DNA of 64,000 nucleotides from a virus (lineage: Duplodnaviria; Caudoviricetes), in IMG/VR virus record IMGVR_UViG_3300009540_000001, positions 108,375 to 172,374 of that record; one strand, given 5' to 3'. A model generated the notes under the pieces. The model did no database searches and was not told the DNA's origin. It saw only the letters and a program-made list of their open reading frames with translations. Both the position numbers and the translations under genes were made by a program. Every line of letters begins with the position of its first letter. Positions within the stretch are counted from its first letter, which is position 1. Positions 19,544-28,278 of the stretch are shown here, in pieces.

Positions 19544-19791
19544 CGCGTGATCTCCTCGTAGGCGTTTTGAATCGCGGCGCCTTGATACGGCTGTCCAACC
19601 GCGTAGGCGTCATCGTCGTATCCGGCGGGCGGCCACTCGACGTCCCCGTCCATCCCGCCCTGCTGCGCGGTGCCGTACCCGTCGCCGTGGCCGTTGCCGC
19701 TTTCGGTGTTGAACTGCGTCTCGAGGCGTGCGGCGTCGTAGAAGGCCTCGTTCACGCCGTAAAGGTTGCCTGGGTGGCGCTTGAAGCTCAC
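19540..19791 (-). CDS. GDG/YEE family peptide (cluster B)
   Basis: QFNTESGNGHGDGYG...AYEEI. Confidence 0.75.
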   Translation of the reverse strand: MSFKRHPGNLYGVNEAFYDAARLETQFNTESGNGHGDGYGTAQQGGMDGDVEWPPAGYDDDAYAVGQPYQGAAIQNAYEEITR

Positions 19792-20360
19792 GCCTTCACC
19801 ACCACCCGCACCTCATACGTCCCGCCCACGTCGCCCCGCTCGTTCAACGACTCGAGCGTCCCCATCTCTCGCGCGCGCTGCTCGATGGCCTCGCGGTACG
19901 TTCGGTTCAGCAGGACTTGCAGCTCCTGCCTCGCTTGCGGCTCGAGCGCTGTCAGACGCGCCAGGTTCTCGCGCTCGGTCTTCTCTTTGGCCTTCACCTT
20001 CTCGGCCTCGTAGATGCGGTCGCGGGCCTGCTCCTCCGTCTCGTCCTGCCGTACGACGCCCTTCACCTCGATCGCGGTGACCGTGGTCGTCCGCGTCACC
20101 GTGATCTCCTTGCCGTCGGGCGAGAGGCGCATCTCGGCCTCCTCGAGCGCGCGCGTCAACGAGCCGTCCGGGTGCTCCGTCCAGCCCGCCTCGCGCATGC
20201 GGGCCTTGAGCGCTTCGACCATCCCCGAGTTCGGCAGGATCGGAAGCATCTTCACGTGCAGTGTCACGACGTCTTTGCTGTTGACGTCTTCTCCGTCTTT
20301 CTTGGTGAGGATGATGCTGATGGGCTCGAGTTCCAGTTCCAAGTTCATTCCGCAGGGCAT
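19788..20360 (-). CDS. FtsH ternary-system X5-like protein
   Basis: LPILP...GW...LNRTYREAIEQRAREMG...YEVRVVVK; recognised from memory of the fvmX5 family. Confidence 0.55.
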   Translation of the reverse strand: MPCGMNLELELEPISIILTKKDGEDVNSKDVVTLHVKMLPILPNSGMVEALKARMREAGWTEHPDGSLTRALEEAEMRLSPDGKEITVTRTTTVTAIEVKGVVRQDETEEQARDRIYEAEKVKAKEKTERENLARLTALEPQARQELQVLLNRTYREAIEQRAREMGTLESLNERGDVGGTYEVRVVVKA

Positions 20361-20363
20361 GGG

Positions 20364-20600
20364 TCAGTCCTCCAGGTCCAAGGCTGCCAAGTTGATCATG
20401 TAGGTCGCCGGGTTCGAGTCCTCTGACTCGTCCGAGTCGTACTCGTTGTGGATGTCTTCGTACGCCGCCTGGCCGACGCCGCCGTCGCCCTCGGAGGTGC
20501 AGTTGTCTGCGAGGGTCTCGAGGACCGACCACACGTCGCCGTTCGTGAGAAGCGTGTCGGAGCCGTAGCCGTTGCCGTCTTCGCACATGACGTAGGACAT
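20364..20600 (-). CDS. GDG/YEE family peptide (cluster B)
   Basis: EDGNGYG...EGDGG...AYED. Confidence 0.65.
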   Translation of the reverse strand: MSYVMCEDGNGYGSDTLLTNGDVWSVLETLADNCTSEGDGGVGQAAYEDIHNEYDSDESEDSNPATYMINLAALDLED

Positions 20601-20605
20601 CCGAA

Positions 20606-21079
20606 TCACGGCGCCCACCACGCAGGCGGCTTCCGATGATGCGCCCACCGCGCGAACGCACTCTTGTCCTTCAGATAGAAGGTTCGATACGCCGCGACGG
20701 CGTCAGGTCCGCGATAGGCCTCGGGCATCGTCTGCACGAACGGCGTGCGCCGTACTTGTGTAAACACGAGTTCGGGCGCCCGGACCTTTACGGCGTGAAG
20801 AACCTGGCGCGCCGCATGAACACCCAAGAAGCGCAGGGTGTACTCGTCACACAGCGCGAAGCCGTGGGCGAGCGCCCACTCGAAGTTGCCTCGCGACGCG
20901 CCTACCCACTTGGTAGCGGGATGGCCGGTGTGCGAAGGCTTGTAGCCGACGTCGAGCCCCTGGGAGCGTACGACCGTCGAGAGCATCTGCGCCGTCTCCG
21001 TGGGCATCTTTACGACGTGTTGGTCGCAGGCCATGCGGGCGGCGGTGACGGGATGTACGTGAAGTACGAAGAGGTTCAT
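20606..21079 (-). CDS. Pyrimidine dimer DNA glycosylase (endonuclease V)-like protein
   Basis: MNLFVL...CDQHVVKMPTETAQMLST...HP..KW...QTMP...AYRTFY...K..FARW. Confidence 0.8.
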   Translation of the reverse strand: MNLFVLHVHPVTAARMACDQHVVKMPTETAQMLSTVVRSQGLDVGYKPSHTGHPATKWVGASRGNFEWALAHGFALCDEYTLRFLGVHAARQVLHAVKVRAPELVFTQVRRTPFVQTMPEAYRGPDAVAAYRTFYLKDKSAFARWAHHRKPPAWWAP

Positions 21080-21294
21080 CGCCCGACGTTCCCCGCGTTC
21101 TGCTCGTACTGAAAGCTCGCGTGGCACTTCACCTGCCGATCGAGCGCGACGTCCCCGCCGTCCCCACCGGAGAAACCCCAGACGCCGTCTGCGTAGCCCG
21201 CGCCCCAGCCGTCGCCGGTGATGCCGGCTTGATCAAAGCCGTACACGCCGGACAGGGCGCCATCGCCGTCCGGGCTTCGTCCCTGTTCGTTCAT
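21076..21294 (-). CDS. GDG/YEE family peptide (cluster B)
   Basis: PDGDG...TGDGWG...GGDGG...QYEQ. Confidence 0.75.
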   Translation of the reverse strand: MNEQGRSPDGDGALSGVYGFDQAGITGDGWGAGYADGVWGFSGGDGGDVALDRQVKCHASFQYEQNAGNVGR

Positions 21295-21476
21295 CGCGGT
21301 CTCTCCCTCTCGTACTCCTGCTGCACGTTGCTGCACTCGTGCTCCGCAAACCCGTCCCCGTCCGACATCCCCCAAGCGTCGTCCGTGAAGCCCGAACCCC
21401 AGCCGTCGCCGGACTTTTCGAGGTGGCCGTAGGTGCTGGAGAGGAAGCCGTCGCCGGTCCAGTGCGGGGCGCTCAT
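21291..21476 (-). CDS. GDG/YEE family peptide (cluster B)
   Basis: TGDG...SGDGWG...DGDG...EYER. Confidence 0.75.
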   Translation of the reverse strand: MSAPHWTGDGFLSSTYGHLEKSGDGWGSGFTDDAWGMSDGDGFAEHECSNVQQEYERERPR

Positions 21477-21715
21477 GCCTCGTCCACATACGTGAGCCCG
21501 TACCAGTAGTACGGAAGCCACTCGTTCTGCCCGCAGCCGTCGCCAGGGCCGTAGTTGAAGCACCCGTCGCCGAAGCAATCGCCGGCTTCGTTCTCGCGCT
21601 CCACGAACTCGCCTGTGATGTCGTTGAAGCCGAGCCATGTCTCGCCTTCCGAGCCTGTGCTGTCGCCGTCGCCGCTCGCGTGCGCGCGGCCACACTTGAC
21701 GTTGTCTCGGTCCAT
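21473..21715 (-). CDS. GDG family peptide (cluster B)
   Basis: SGDGD...FGDGC...PGDGCG...YVDE. Confidence 0.7.
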   Translation of the reverse strand: MDRDNVKCGRAHASGDGDSTGSEGETWLGFNDITGEFVERENEAGDCFGDGCFNYGPGDGCGQNEWLPYYWYGLTYVDEA

Positions 21716-21737
21716 CAGTAGTCGTCCTCCTCGTAGC

Positions 21738-21920
21738 TCATCGCCGCTCACGCCCCGCGCGTTGGTAGATGCGGTACACGGTTCCCATCACGACGAAGAG
21801 CCACTCGGGCAGGCGACTGCCGCCGTCTTCGTTGTATGGCGGGCTCGCCGATCCGCTCATCGGGTACCCGTCCCCGTCTCCGAACGCCCCCGCGTTCGGT
21901 GCGTAGTAACTCGTCGTCAA
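21738..21920 (-). CDS. GDG family peptide (cluster B); YEE tail lies in another frame
   Basis: FGDGDGY; followed by mini-ORF MSYEEDDY. Confidence 0.6.
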   Translation of the reverse strand: MTTSYYAPNAGAFGDGDGYPMSGSASPPYNEDGGSRLPEWLFVVMGTVYRIYQRAGRERR

Positions 21921-22126
21921 TCCGGCCATACGCTCTCCTCGTGGGGCCCGTACGCCCACATCCCGTACTCGTCTCGGTGCTCGTAGGTGTCGCGGTAGAA
22001 CGCGCCGTCCGCGCGCGTCTCGATGACGCCAATCGGCGTACCGAATCCGTCGTCGTCGCTCGTCAGGCACGGCGCGCCGCGCCCGTCGCCGGAGAAGTGC
22101 ACGCGTTCGCCACGCTCTTGCGTCAC
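21917..22126 (-). CDS. GDG/YEE family peptide (cluster B)
   Basis: SGDGRG...DDGFG...HEE. Confidence 0.7.
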   Translation of the reverse strand: MTQERGERVHFSGDGRGAPCLTSDDDGFGTPIGVIETRADGAFYRDTYEHRDEYGMWAYGPHEESVWPD

Positions 22127-22326
22127 AGCTCCAACCTCCTCCGCGTCGCTTCCATCGCCTTCACGTCGTCCCCTGCGTCTTGGTAGTCACTTCGTATGAA
22201 CGAGCCTCGGTAGTACGTGTTCGGCGCGCGATAGGGGTTCTCGCCCCAGTTGATGTAGATGAGGTACGCGCCGCCGTCGCCGTCTTGGCCGAAGGCGGCG
22301 GAGTCTTCCCGGGGTGTGCGTCTCAT
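22123..22326 (-). CDS. GDG family peptide (cluster B)
   Basis: MRRTP...QDGDGG...YQD. Confidence 0.7.
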   Translation of the reverse strand: MRRTPREDSAAFGQDGDGGAYLIYINWGENPYRAPNTYYRGSFIRSDYQDAGDDVKAMEATRRRLEL

Positions 22327-22592
22327 GTGTCTCCCTTGACGGAGTTACTCGCGAGGATCGTGCGGATGTCGTTCTGGTACGTCATCAGCGTGAACTTCGT
22401 CTTGAGTATCCTCGGCGCTGCGAAGTTCACCTCGGGTGCGTTGTCTTCGTATGACGGGCGCGGGGAGCCGCCGTCGTCGTAGACGTACGCGTCGAGCGCG
22501 AAAGCGCCCCCGTACTTTCGGTACGCGTACTGGGCGCTCCCGTCGCCGTCATCGAAGCGCGAGGTGTGATACGGCGTCGGTGTTCTTCTCAT
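22323..22592 (-). CDS. GDG/YEE family peptide with C-terminal extension (cluster B)
   Basis: MRRTP...DDGDGS...SYED. Confidence 0.7.
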   Translation of the reverse strand: MRRTPTPYHTSRFDDGDGSAQYAYRKYGGAFALDAYVYDDGGSPRPSYEDNAPEVNFAAPRILKTKFTLMTYQNDIRTILASNSVKGDT

Positions 22593-22795
22593 CGTGTCTC
22601 CTCGTATCGCCATCGAATCCACGTAGGCCGAATCTCGTAGTTGATGAGCACGTCCTTCCCGTCGTTCCCCTCGAACCACCCGATATTCAGGGCTCGAGCG
22701 CCGTTGCCGATGCCGTCGCCGTCGGCCCAGGGGAACGCGCTCTTTGCGCCCCGCCCGTCGCCGTCCTGCTCACACGCCATGGGTCGGTATTTCAT
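22589..22795 (-). CDS. GDG/YEE family peptide (cluster B)
   Basis: QDGDGRG...ADGDGIGNG...RWRYEET. Confidence 0.75.
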   Translation of the reverse strand: MKYRPMACEQDGDGRGAKSAFPWADGDGIGNGARALNIGWFEGNDGKDVLINYEIRPTWIRWRYEETR

Positions 22796-22980
22796 CGACC
22801 CTCCTCATACCGTCGCTGCGTCCACCCGCCCTGCGTCTCGTGGTCCGCCTCGTCGTCGGCGTCGTCCCACAAGATGCTCTTGCCCCACGTCCCTACGCCG
22901 CGTCCGCTCCCCTGAACGTCAGCAGGAAAAGGGACGAGCCCTTCGCCCCCGTTCGAGGCCACGGTTGGTCGTTGTTTCAT
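22792..22980 (-). CDS. GDG/YEE family peptide, divergent; first gene of cluster B
   Basis: GGEG..GSGRG...QRRYEEG. Confidence 0.7.
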   Translation of the reverse strand: MKQRPTVASNGGEGLVPFPADVQGSGRGVGTWGKSILWDDADDEADHETQGGWTQRRYEEGR

Positions 22981-22985
22981 ACGGT

Positions 22986-23012
22986 CTTATACCAAGTACG
23001 AACGGCGTTTAC
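22986..23012 (-). promoter_or_regulatory. Putative phage promoter GTAAA-N14-GGTATAAG driving cluster B
   Basis: Same bipartite motif at 28252-28278, 39492-39519, 16140-16167. Confidence 0.6.
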
Positions 23013-23052
23013 GCCTCTCGTGCCCTCGCGTCGGATGGCTTAGCCTTCCTGC

Positions 23053-23751
23053 ATGAGAGTCGACTACGTCCCCGGCGCCTTGCTCACCGTCCTGCACGAG
23101 TCCGCCGTTGCCTTCGACGGCACCGACCCGGAGCGCGCCGTCGCGACGCTCGGCGGCCTGGCGCTGAAAGCAGCGCAGCCCGGCGTCGACCTGAACGCCT
23201 TCGTCGTCGAGACCCTGGCGACCGGGCAGGCCTACCTGCGCAACGCCGCAGGGAAGCAGATCGCGTCGCTCACGGCGCTCGCGCTCACCTGGGACGCGAT
23301 GGCGTCGCGCATCAACTCGGACCGAACCTTCTCGCAGTACGTGCGAGCATCGGTGACGACGCCGGGAGCGCTGACGGCGCAGACAGCGCTCTTCGCGGGT
23401 GGCGTCGACCCGACGCTCACGGCGGGGGCGGCCCGGTTCAAGTACGTGGCGGCGGGCAACGCGGGGCTGTTCTTCTTCGACCAGAAGACCGCCATCGACG
23501 TCTTCGCCATTCAGGGCAAGTTCCCCGGCGGCGCAGCCCTCACCTGCACCATCGAGCTCGTGAACCTCGACGACGGCGCCCAGCCGATCGACAGCGAGGC
23601 GGCGACGCTGGTGTCGGTGACGCTGCCCGCCTCCGAGGACTTCAGCGTCCTCGACGCGATCCGGCTTCAGAAGTCGCAAGCGATCCGCGTGACGTGCGCC
23701 AACGCGGGCAAGGCGTGGGTTTCGTTCCGACAAGCGCCGGCGAGCCCGTAA
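23053..23751 (+). CDS. Virion structural protein; paralogue of 1-780
   Basis: FAGGVDP...GNAGLFFFDQ...QAIRVT vs FTGGADP...GNGGFFHFEQ...QAMRVT. Confidence 0.7.
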   Translation: MRVDYVPGALLTVLHESAVAFDGTDPERAVATLGGLALKAAQPGVDLNAFVVETLATGQAYLRNAAGKQIASLTALALTWDAMASRINSDRTFSQYVRASVTTPGALTAQTALFAGGVDPTLTAGAARFKYVAAGNAGLFFFDQKTAIDVFAIQGKFPGGAALTCTIELVNLDDGAQPIDSEAATLVSVTLPASEDFSVLDAIRLQKSQAIRVTCANAGKAWVSFRQAPASP

Positions 23752-23787
23752 GCTTGCGGGGCGTACGCCGTAAAGAAGAGGGGCCCC

Positions 23788-24375
23788 ATGGGCGTGGTAA
23801 TCCGTCTGCTCGCCGTCCTTCTCGTCCTGCTGCTCAGCGCCTGCGAACCGCCCCCTTCGCTCCCCTCGACGGGGCGCACCATCCGCGTCGCCCTCGGCCC
23901 TGACCCCTCCGGTCTCACCGGGTGGCGTCCCGAGCATCGCGCCGCGTTCCTTCGTGCCCTCGCGTCGCTGCGCGCCACGGGCGACACCTGGCTCGAGAGC
24001 GCTGTCGGCGACGCCGACGTCGTGGTCGAACCCTTCGACGCGGGGGCCCGCTGCTCGCACGCAGGGGAGTACTCGCCGGGCGAGCGCCGCGTGCGCATCG
24101 ACTACGCATGCGTCCCGGGCGACGAGAGGCTCGCGTACGCCATGGTGCACGAGCTGCTGCACTACCTGACGTGGATCAACGCGCGCTGGGTGGGGCACAT
24201 CTGCGTGCAGCCCGGCGACGCGACGGACTGCACAGCGCTCGTACGTGGCGAGGCGGTGCTCAACCCTGTGATGCCGGGGCAGTTCGACGCGAACGGGGAG
24301 CCGCTCGGGCCGCCCGACGCGACGCTGCGCCGCGCAGACGTCGAGTTGGTGCGGGCACTAGGGCGTACGCCGTAA
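23788..24375 (+). CDS. Lipoprotein zinc metallopeptidase
   Basis: Lipobox LLSAC; HELLH motif. Confidence 0.7.
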   Translation: MGVVIRLLAVLLVLLLSACEPPPSLPSTGRTIRVALGPDPSGLTGWRPEHRAAFLRALASLRATGDTWLESAVGDADVVVEPFDAGARCSHAGEYSPGERRVRIDYACVPGDERLAYAMVHELLHYLTWINARWVGHICVQPGDATDCTALVRGEAVLNPVMPGQFDANGEPLGPPDATLRRADVELVRALGRTP

Positions 24376-24384
24376 ACTTCTCGC

Positions 24385-25617
24385 ATGATCATTTTCCCGG
24401 CTACAGGCGGCGGTGGCGGTCCTGGGCCGCCTGGACCGGCCGGTGTTGGTGCCCGACTCACGTTCGATCCTGCGCAGGCGACGGACGCGGCGATCGGGCG
24501 CTACCAGACGTTCCCGGCGCTGTACACCAAGTACCTGACCAACCCCCTCGTCGACATCTGCATGGCGAACGGGGGGCAGATCCCCGCGAAACCTGGGGGC
24601 GGGAACTACCTCATCAACAAGGTGACGAGGCTGCTCTCGGACGCCGAGGGGCAGATCACCATCGACATGCTCGAAGGCGCGGCGTTCGAGGGGGAGTGTC
24701 TCTACTGGGAGAACTTCCGACTCTGCAACCGCTCGTCCACCGTGTGCCTCGTGCCAACGGGCGACTACCCGTACATCGGGCTCGGGCCGAAGGCGTGGAT
24801 GGCGCGCGGATACACCACCGACGTCGTGCCGGTGATCGCGGCGCCGTGCTTCATCTGGACGACGGAGGACGGCGGCGTAGGGAAAGGCGTCTCCCTGAAG
24901 TTGGGGGAGCAAGCGAAGTTGAACAACAACATGTTCAACCCCGAGCCGAACGCAGGGCCGGTGTTCGAGGCAAACGGCACGGGCCCGAGCCCGAACGCCG
25001 CCCAGGTGTATCTGGAGGCAGGCAAGCGCTCGGTCATCCCCGTAGACTCCTACGCAGGCAACGCCAACAGCAACATCAGCATCAACACGATCGACGGCAC
25101 CGCCTCCGTCTCGTTCGATCAGCCGAACTACCTGGGGCAGAACTCTCCGCTCGACGCAACCGCGCACCCGGACTTGCAGTTCAACACCGGTCTCATCGTG
25201 CCCGGGTTCACGATCGCCAACGCAAGCGGCGGAGGCGCCCCGCAGTGGCTCCAACTCGTGCAGTCGGTGAATACCACCGACGCTACGCCCACCACGGTGT
25301 TCCCGGTCCAGGCTCCGCCCCCGGTGATCTCCGCAGGCATCGACTTGCGCATGACCGCGCGTGACGCCGCGACGGGCGACACCGCGACGTGGATCATCAA
25401 GGGGTTCGTCCACTTCGGCTTTGTGGGCGCGGCCTTCGGCCCGCTCGGGCTCGTCAAAGACTTCTACGACGCAGACCCGGGCGCAGCCGCGTGGACGTGG
25501 AACTTCCTGCTCAACTCCCCCGACCCGAACAACGTGCAGTTGCTCGTGATCGGCGAAGCGGGGAAGAACATCAAGTGGAGCATCTCCCTGGTCGAGATGC
25601 TGGTACTGGCGTTCTGA
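24385..25617 (+). CDS. Virion fibre/spike-like protein
   Basis: N-terminal GPGPPGPAG; C-terminal domain shared with 26267-26755. Confidence 0.65.
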   Translation: MIIFPATGGGGGPGPPGPAGVGARLTFDPAQATDAAIGRYQTFPALYTKYLTNPLVDICMANGGQIPAKPGGGNYLINKVTRLLSDAEGQITIDMLEGAAFEGECLYWENFRLCNRSSTVCLVPTGDYPYIGLGPKAWMARGYTTDVVPVIAAPCFIWTTEDGGVGKGVSLKLGEQAKLNNNMFNPEPNAGPVFEANGTGPSPNAAQVYLEAGKRSVIPVDSYAGNANSNISINTIDGTASVSFDQPNYLGQNSPLDATAHPDLQFNTGLIVPGFTIANASGGGAPQWLQLVQSVNTTDATPTTVFPVQAPPPVISAGIDLRMTARDAATGDTATWIIKGFVHFGFVGAAFGPLGLVKDFYDADPGAAAWTWNFLLNSPDPNNVQLLVIGEAGKNIKWSISLVEMLVLAF

Positions 25618-25618
25618 A

Positions 25619-26026
25619 ATGCCAGACACACTCATCCGACTTCCGGTACCGCTCAAGGGATCGGGGGTTCACTACCTCGAAACCGCACAGAGCTACCTGA
25701 TCGCACCCTCCGGGTCGGGGATGATTCTCATCCCTTGCCCGGAGAACGCGTCGCTCATCGTGAGCGGGAGCGTCACGTTTCGTTCGGCGGCGCCCGAGCG
25801 GGGCGGGTCTATTCGGCTCCACACGTACGCAGCGCACGGGCGCTTCAACGGACCCCCCGTAGAGGACATCCTGAAGTTCGACGCCTACGGGGATGCCGAC
25901 ATCCTGCTCACGTCGCTCCTCTACGATGACGTCCCCGCGCTGCTGTTCGACAACCCGACCAGCGACAACGTGCAAGTCAGCGTCGCACTCGTCGTCCTTC
26001 TCTCGTACGCCGTTCTAGGAGTCTGA
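25619..26026 (+). CDS. Hypothetical structural-module protein
   Basis: 135 aa; adjacent to upstream stop. Confidence 0.6.
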   Translation: MPDTLIRLPVPLKGSGVHYLETAQSYLIAPSGSGMILIPCPENASLIVSGSVTFRSAAPERGGSIRLHTYAAHGRFNGPPVEDILKFDAYGDADILLTSLLYDDVPALLFDNPTSDNVQVSVALVVLLSYAVLGV

Positions 26027-26027
26027 C

Positions 26028-26249
26028 GTGGAACACCCGAGACGCATTCGTCTGCTCGAAGCCGCCTCCTGCGCGCCTAACGGCGTCGACCTGATGACCA
26101 AGGCGGGCCAGGAGTACGACGTCCTCCCAGATCCCGAACCGAACTTGTTCCCCCTCAAGGGCTGGGTGCGTATCGAAGTGCCCGTCGAGTGGGAGCCCGC
26201 GCCCGTGCTCGTGTGGCTCAAGCCCGGGTCGTTCGCGGTGATCGGCTAG
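26028..26249 (+). CDS. Small hypothetical protein
   Basis: AGGAG SD, GTG start. Confidence 0.5.
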   Translation: MEHPRRIRLLEAASCAPNGVDLMTKAGQEYDVLPDPEPNLFPLKGWVRIEVPVEWEPAPVLVWLKPGSFAVIG

Positions 26250-26266
26250 CCGACTATCCTGTCGGC

Positions 26267-26755
26267 ATGTTCAAAGTAGACAACGACAACGTCGAGTGCG
26301 AATCCGCCAAGATCAACCAGGGCCTCGAAGTGGGCCAGCAGGTCACCGTCGGGGGCTGCTCGCTCTCGCTCGGGTTCAAGGGCACGAGCGTCGACGCCGA
26401 GTGGGCCGACGTCCTCTCGCAAGAAGTCCCCGCTGGGCTCGCCGAGAACCTGCTCCTTCAGGTCGTCGCGTACGAGCCCGCCACGGGCGACGCCGCCGCC
26501 ATGACCTTCAACGGCCTCGTCATCAGCCACCCGAGCGGGCTCTCGATCATGCCCTCGGACATGATGAACTCGCTCGACAAGCGCATCAACACCCCGGGCG
26601 CCGCTGACTGGGCGTTCCGCGCGGTGATCGCGCCGGACGTGACGCCGGACACCACGCCCCCGACCCGGAACATCAAGCTCCAGGTCAAGGGCGAGCTGAA
26701 CAAGACCATCAAGTGGGCGATCTCGGTCCGCGCGTCGCTGGCGCTGAACGAGTAA
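26267..26755 (+). CDS. Stand-alone paralogue of the 24385 C-terminal domain
   Basis: ATGDAA...PGAADW...LQVKGELNKTIKWAIS vs ATGDTA...PGAAAW...LLVIGEAGKNIKWSIS. Confidence 0.7.
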   Translation: MFKVDNDNVECESAKINQGLEVGQQVTVGGCSLSLGFKGTSVDAEWADVLSQEVPAGLAENLLLQVVAYEPATGDAAAMTFNGLVISHPSGLSIMPSDMMNSLDKRINTPGAADWAFRAVIAPDVTPDTTPPTRNIKLQVKGELNKTIKWAISVRASLALNE

Positions 26756-26797
26756 CTTACGGCGTAAAGAAAGCGGGGCGGTTCGCCGCCCCTGCTC

Positions 26798-27088
26798 TCA
26801 TCGCGGCGCCTGGCGCCGCAGGATGCGCAAGATGGCGCGGTCCTCTGCCTCCTGGATGGCGCGAACGGAAGCGGCACGGAGGATGGAGCTCACATCCGGC
26901 GACTGAACCAAGAACCGCTTGATGTCGAACGCGTACCTCAATTTATCAGCCTCCTCGTACTGCGATTGAAGCGTCCACGCGGGGGCATACGTGAGCGGGT
27001 CGCCGCCGCCGTCGCCAGAGATGCGTATGCTCCTGGATTCGAGGGGCTCTGAAAGACCGTCGCCGTTGACGTAGTAGTTGCGGCTCAT
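26798..27088 (-). CDS. GDG/YEE family peptide with C-terminal extension (cluster C)
   Basis: NGDGL...SGDGGG...QYEE. Confidence 0.7.
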   Translation of the reverse strand: MSRNYYVNGDGLSEPLESRSIRISGDGGGDPLTYAPAWTLQSQYEEADKLRYAFDIKRFLVQSPDVSSILRAASVRAIQEAEDRAILRILRRQAPR

Positions 27089-27348
27089 TCTTTTACCTCC
27101 GCGCGACGCATCACATCCATGAAGTCCTCGAGCGCCGCGCGGCTGATGATCGAGATGCCCGGCAGCGCCTGGACCGTCCAGATCACCGGTTCTTCGTACG
27201 TGTACTGAACCTTGCTCTCGAAGACGGCTATGCCGCCCTCGCGCCAGCTGGTGTGTGAGTCGTACCCGTCGCCGCCAGAGGCGTGAGGGTTCACATGCGC
27301 GCTCAGTCCGTCCCCGTCATCTCGGGCGCAGTCAGGCTTCGTTTTCAT
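27085..27348 (-). CDS. GDG/YEE family peptide with C-terminal extension (cluster C)
   Basis: DDGDGL...GGDGY...TYEE. Confidence 0.7.
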   Translation of the reverse strand: MKTKPDCARDDGDGLSAHVNPHASGGDGYDSHTSWREGGIAVFESKVQYTYEEPVIWTVQALPGISIISRAALEDFMDVMRRAEVKE

Positions 27349-27355
27349 GCGCGCC

Positions 27356-27580
27356 TCACTCCTGCACCAGCTTCCGAATCCGCTTCGAGAGCAGCTCGTT
27401 CCCGATCTCGCGATTGAACCGGCTGAGGATCTCGTTCACGTCCTCGTACGCCTCTTCGTGCTGCCATCGCACCCAGTAGCTCACCTCCGCTTTATCGTCT
27501 TCAAGGTCGCACGCGGCCTCGTACCCCAAGGCGCTGTACCCGTCCCCGGAGTAGCGCGCGTTGTCGGCGCGGCGCCTCAC
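27356..27580 (-). CDS. GDG/YEE family peptide (cluster C)
   Basis: GTG start; SGDGY...RWQHEEAYED. Confidence 0.65.
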   Translation of the reverse strand: MRRRADNARYSGDGYSALGYEAACDLEDDKAEVSYWVRWQHEEAYEDVNEILSRFNREIGNELLSKRIRKLVQE

Positions 27581-27744
27581 GTCCAGCCCTCCCAGCTCTT
27601 GCACCAGCCCTCGGGGTCCGTGTAGCTGCTCTCGACGTAGTACGACATCGAGTCCCCCTCCCAATTCCCGATGGTGCCGTCGCCGTTCTCGTACGCAACG
27701 CCGCCGTCGCCGCTCAACTCACACGACTCGCTTCGGTTTCTCAT
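27577..27744 (-). CDS. GDG family peptide (cluster C)
   Basis: SGDGG..NGDG..EGD. Confidence 0.65.
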   Translation of the reverse strand: MRNRSESCELSGDGGVAYENGDGTIGNWEGDSMSYYVESSYTDPEGWCKSWEGWT

Positions 27745-27926
27745 GCGTACGCAGACTCCTCGTAGTGCATATCGAGCTGCCATGTGCGGTTCTCCCCCTC
27801 GCGCCACAACACGTGCGCGTCGCCCGACGCCAAGACCTCGAACGGCACGCCGTAAACGCTCGCACAGCTGTCGTCGCCGTCGCCTTGGCCGTCGCCTTCG
27901 TAGCTGTACAGCACGTTATGACGCAC
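27741..27926 (-). CDS. GDG/YEE family peptide (cluster C)
   Basis: EGDGQGDGD...HYEE. Confidence 0.7.
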   Translation of the reverse strand: MRHNVLYSYEGDGQGDGDDSCASVYGVPFEVLASGDAHVLWREGENRTWQLDMHYEESAYA

Positions 27927-27956
27927 GTTCTTCGAGCTCCTCGTACGAGGTTCGCC

Positions 27957-28235
27957 TCATCCCTCCCTCCCCTTCGCTCTTTCTTTCGCCCTCGCCTTCC
28001 ACGCCCTCTGCGCCACTCGCTGCATCTCGAGGTGCGCCTCGCAGCGCGTCTTACCCGGTAAAGGCGGCGCAGCGCAGTCCAGGCAGCTGTTCGCTAACCT
28101 CCTGTTATCTCTGTACTTTTTACAGTTCGCCGCGTGGATCGGCTTGCATGCCGTGCAGTACGCAGCGGCGTCGGCGTGCGGCGTCGCGCAACGCACGCAG
28201 GGTTTCATGTCTTCGGCTCGAGACGCAGGTTGCAT
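27957..28235 (-). CDS. Small Cys-rich zinc-binding protein
   Basis: CVRC, CTAC, CLDC, CEAH; basic tail; GGAGG SD. Confidence 0.65.
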   Translation of the reverse strand: MQPASRAEDMKPCVRCATPHADAAAYCTACKPIHAANCKKYRDNRRLANSCLDCAAPPLPGKTRCEAHLEMQRVAQRAWKARAKERAKGREG

Positions 28236-28251
28236 AAGGAACCTCCACGAT

Positions 28252-28278
28252 CTTATACCAAGATCGAGGGTTCTTTAC
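28252..28278 (-). promoter_or_regulatory. Putative phage promoter GTAAA-N14-GGTATAAG
   Basis: Bipartite motif; upstream half is a copy of the dispersed palindrome. Confidence 0.6.

Noticed and set aside
18399-22980. Stop-codon reassignment fragmenting one long Gly-rich gene
   Set aside because: Successive ORFs are in different frames with their own SD and ATGA overlaps, and conserved enzymes end normally at TGA, TAG and TAA.
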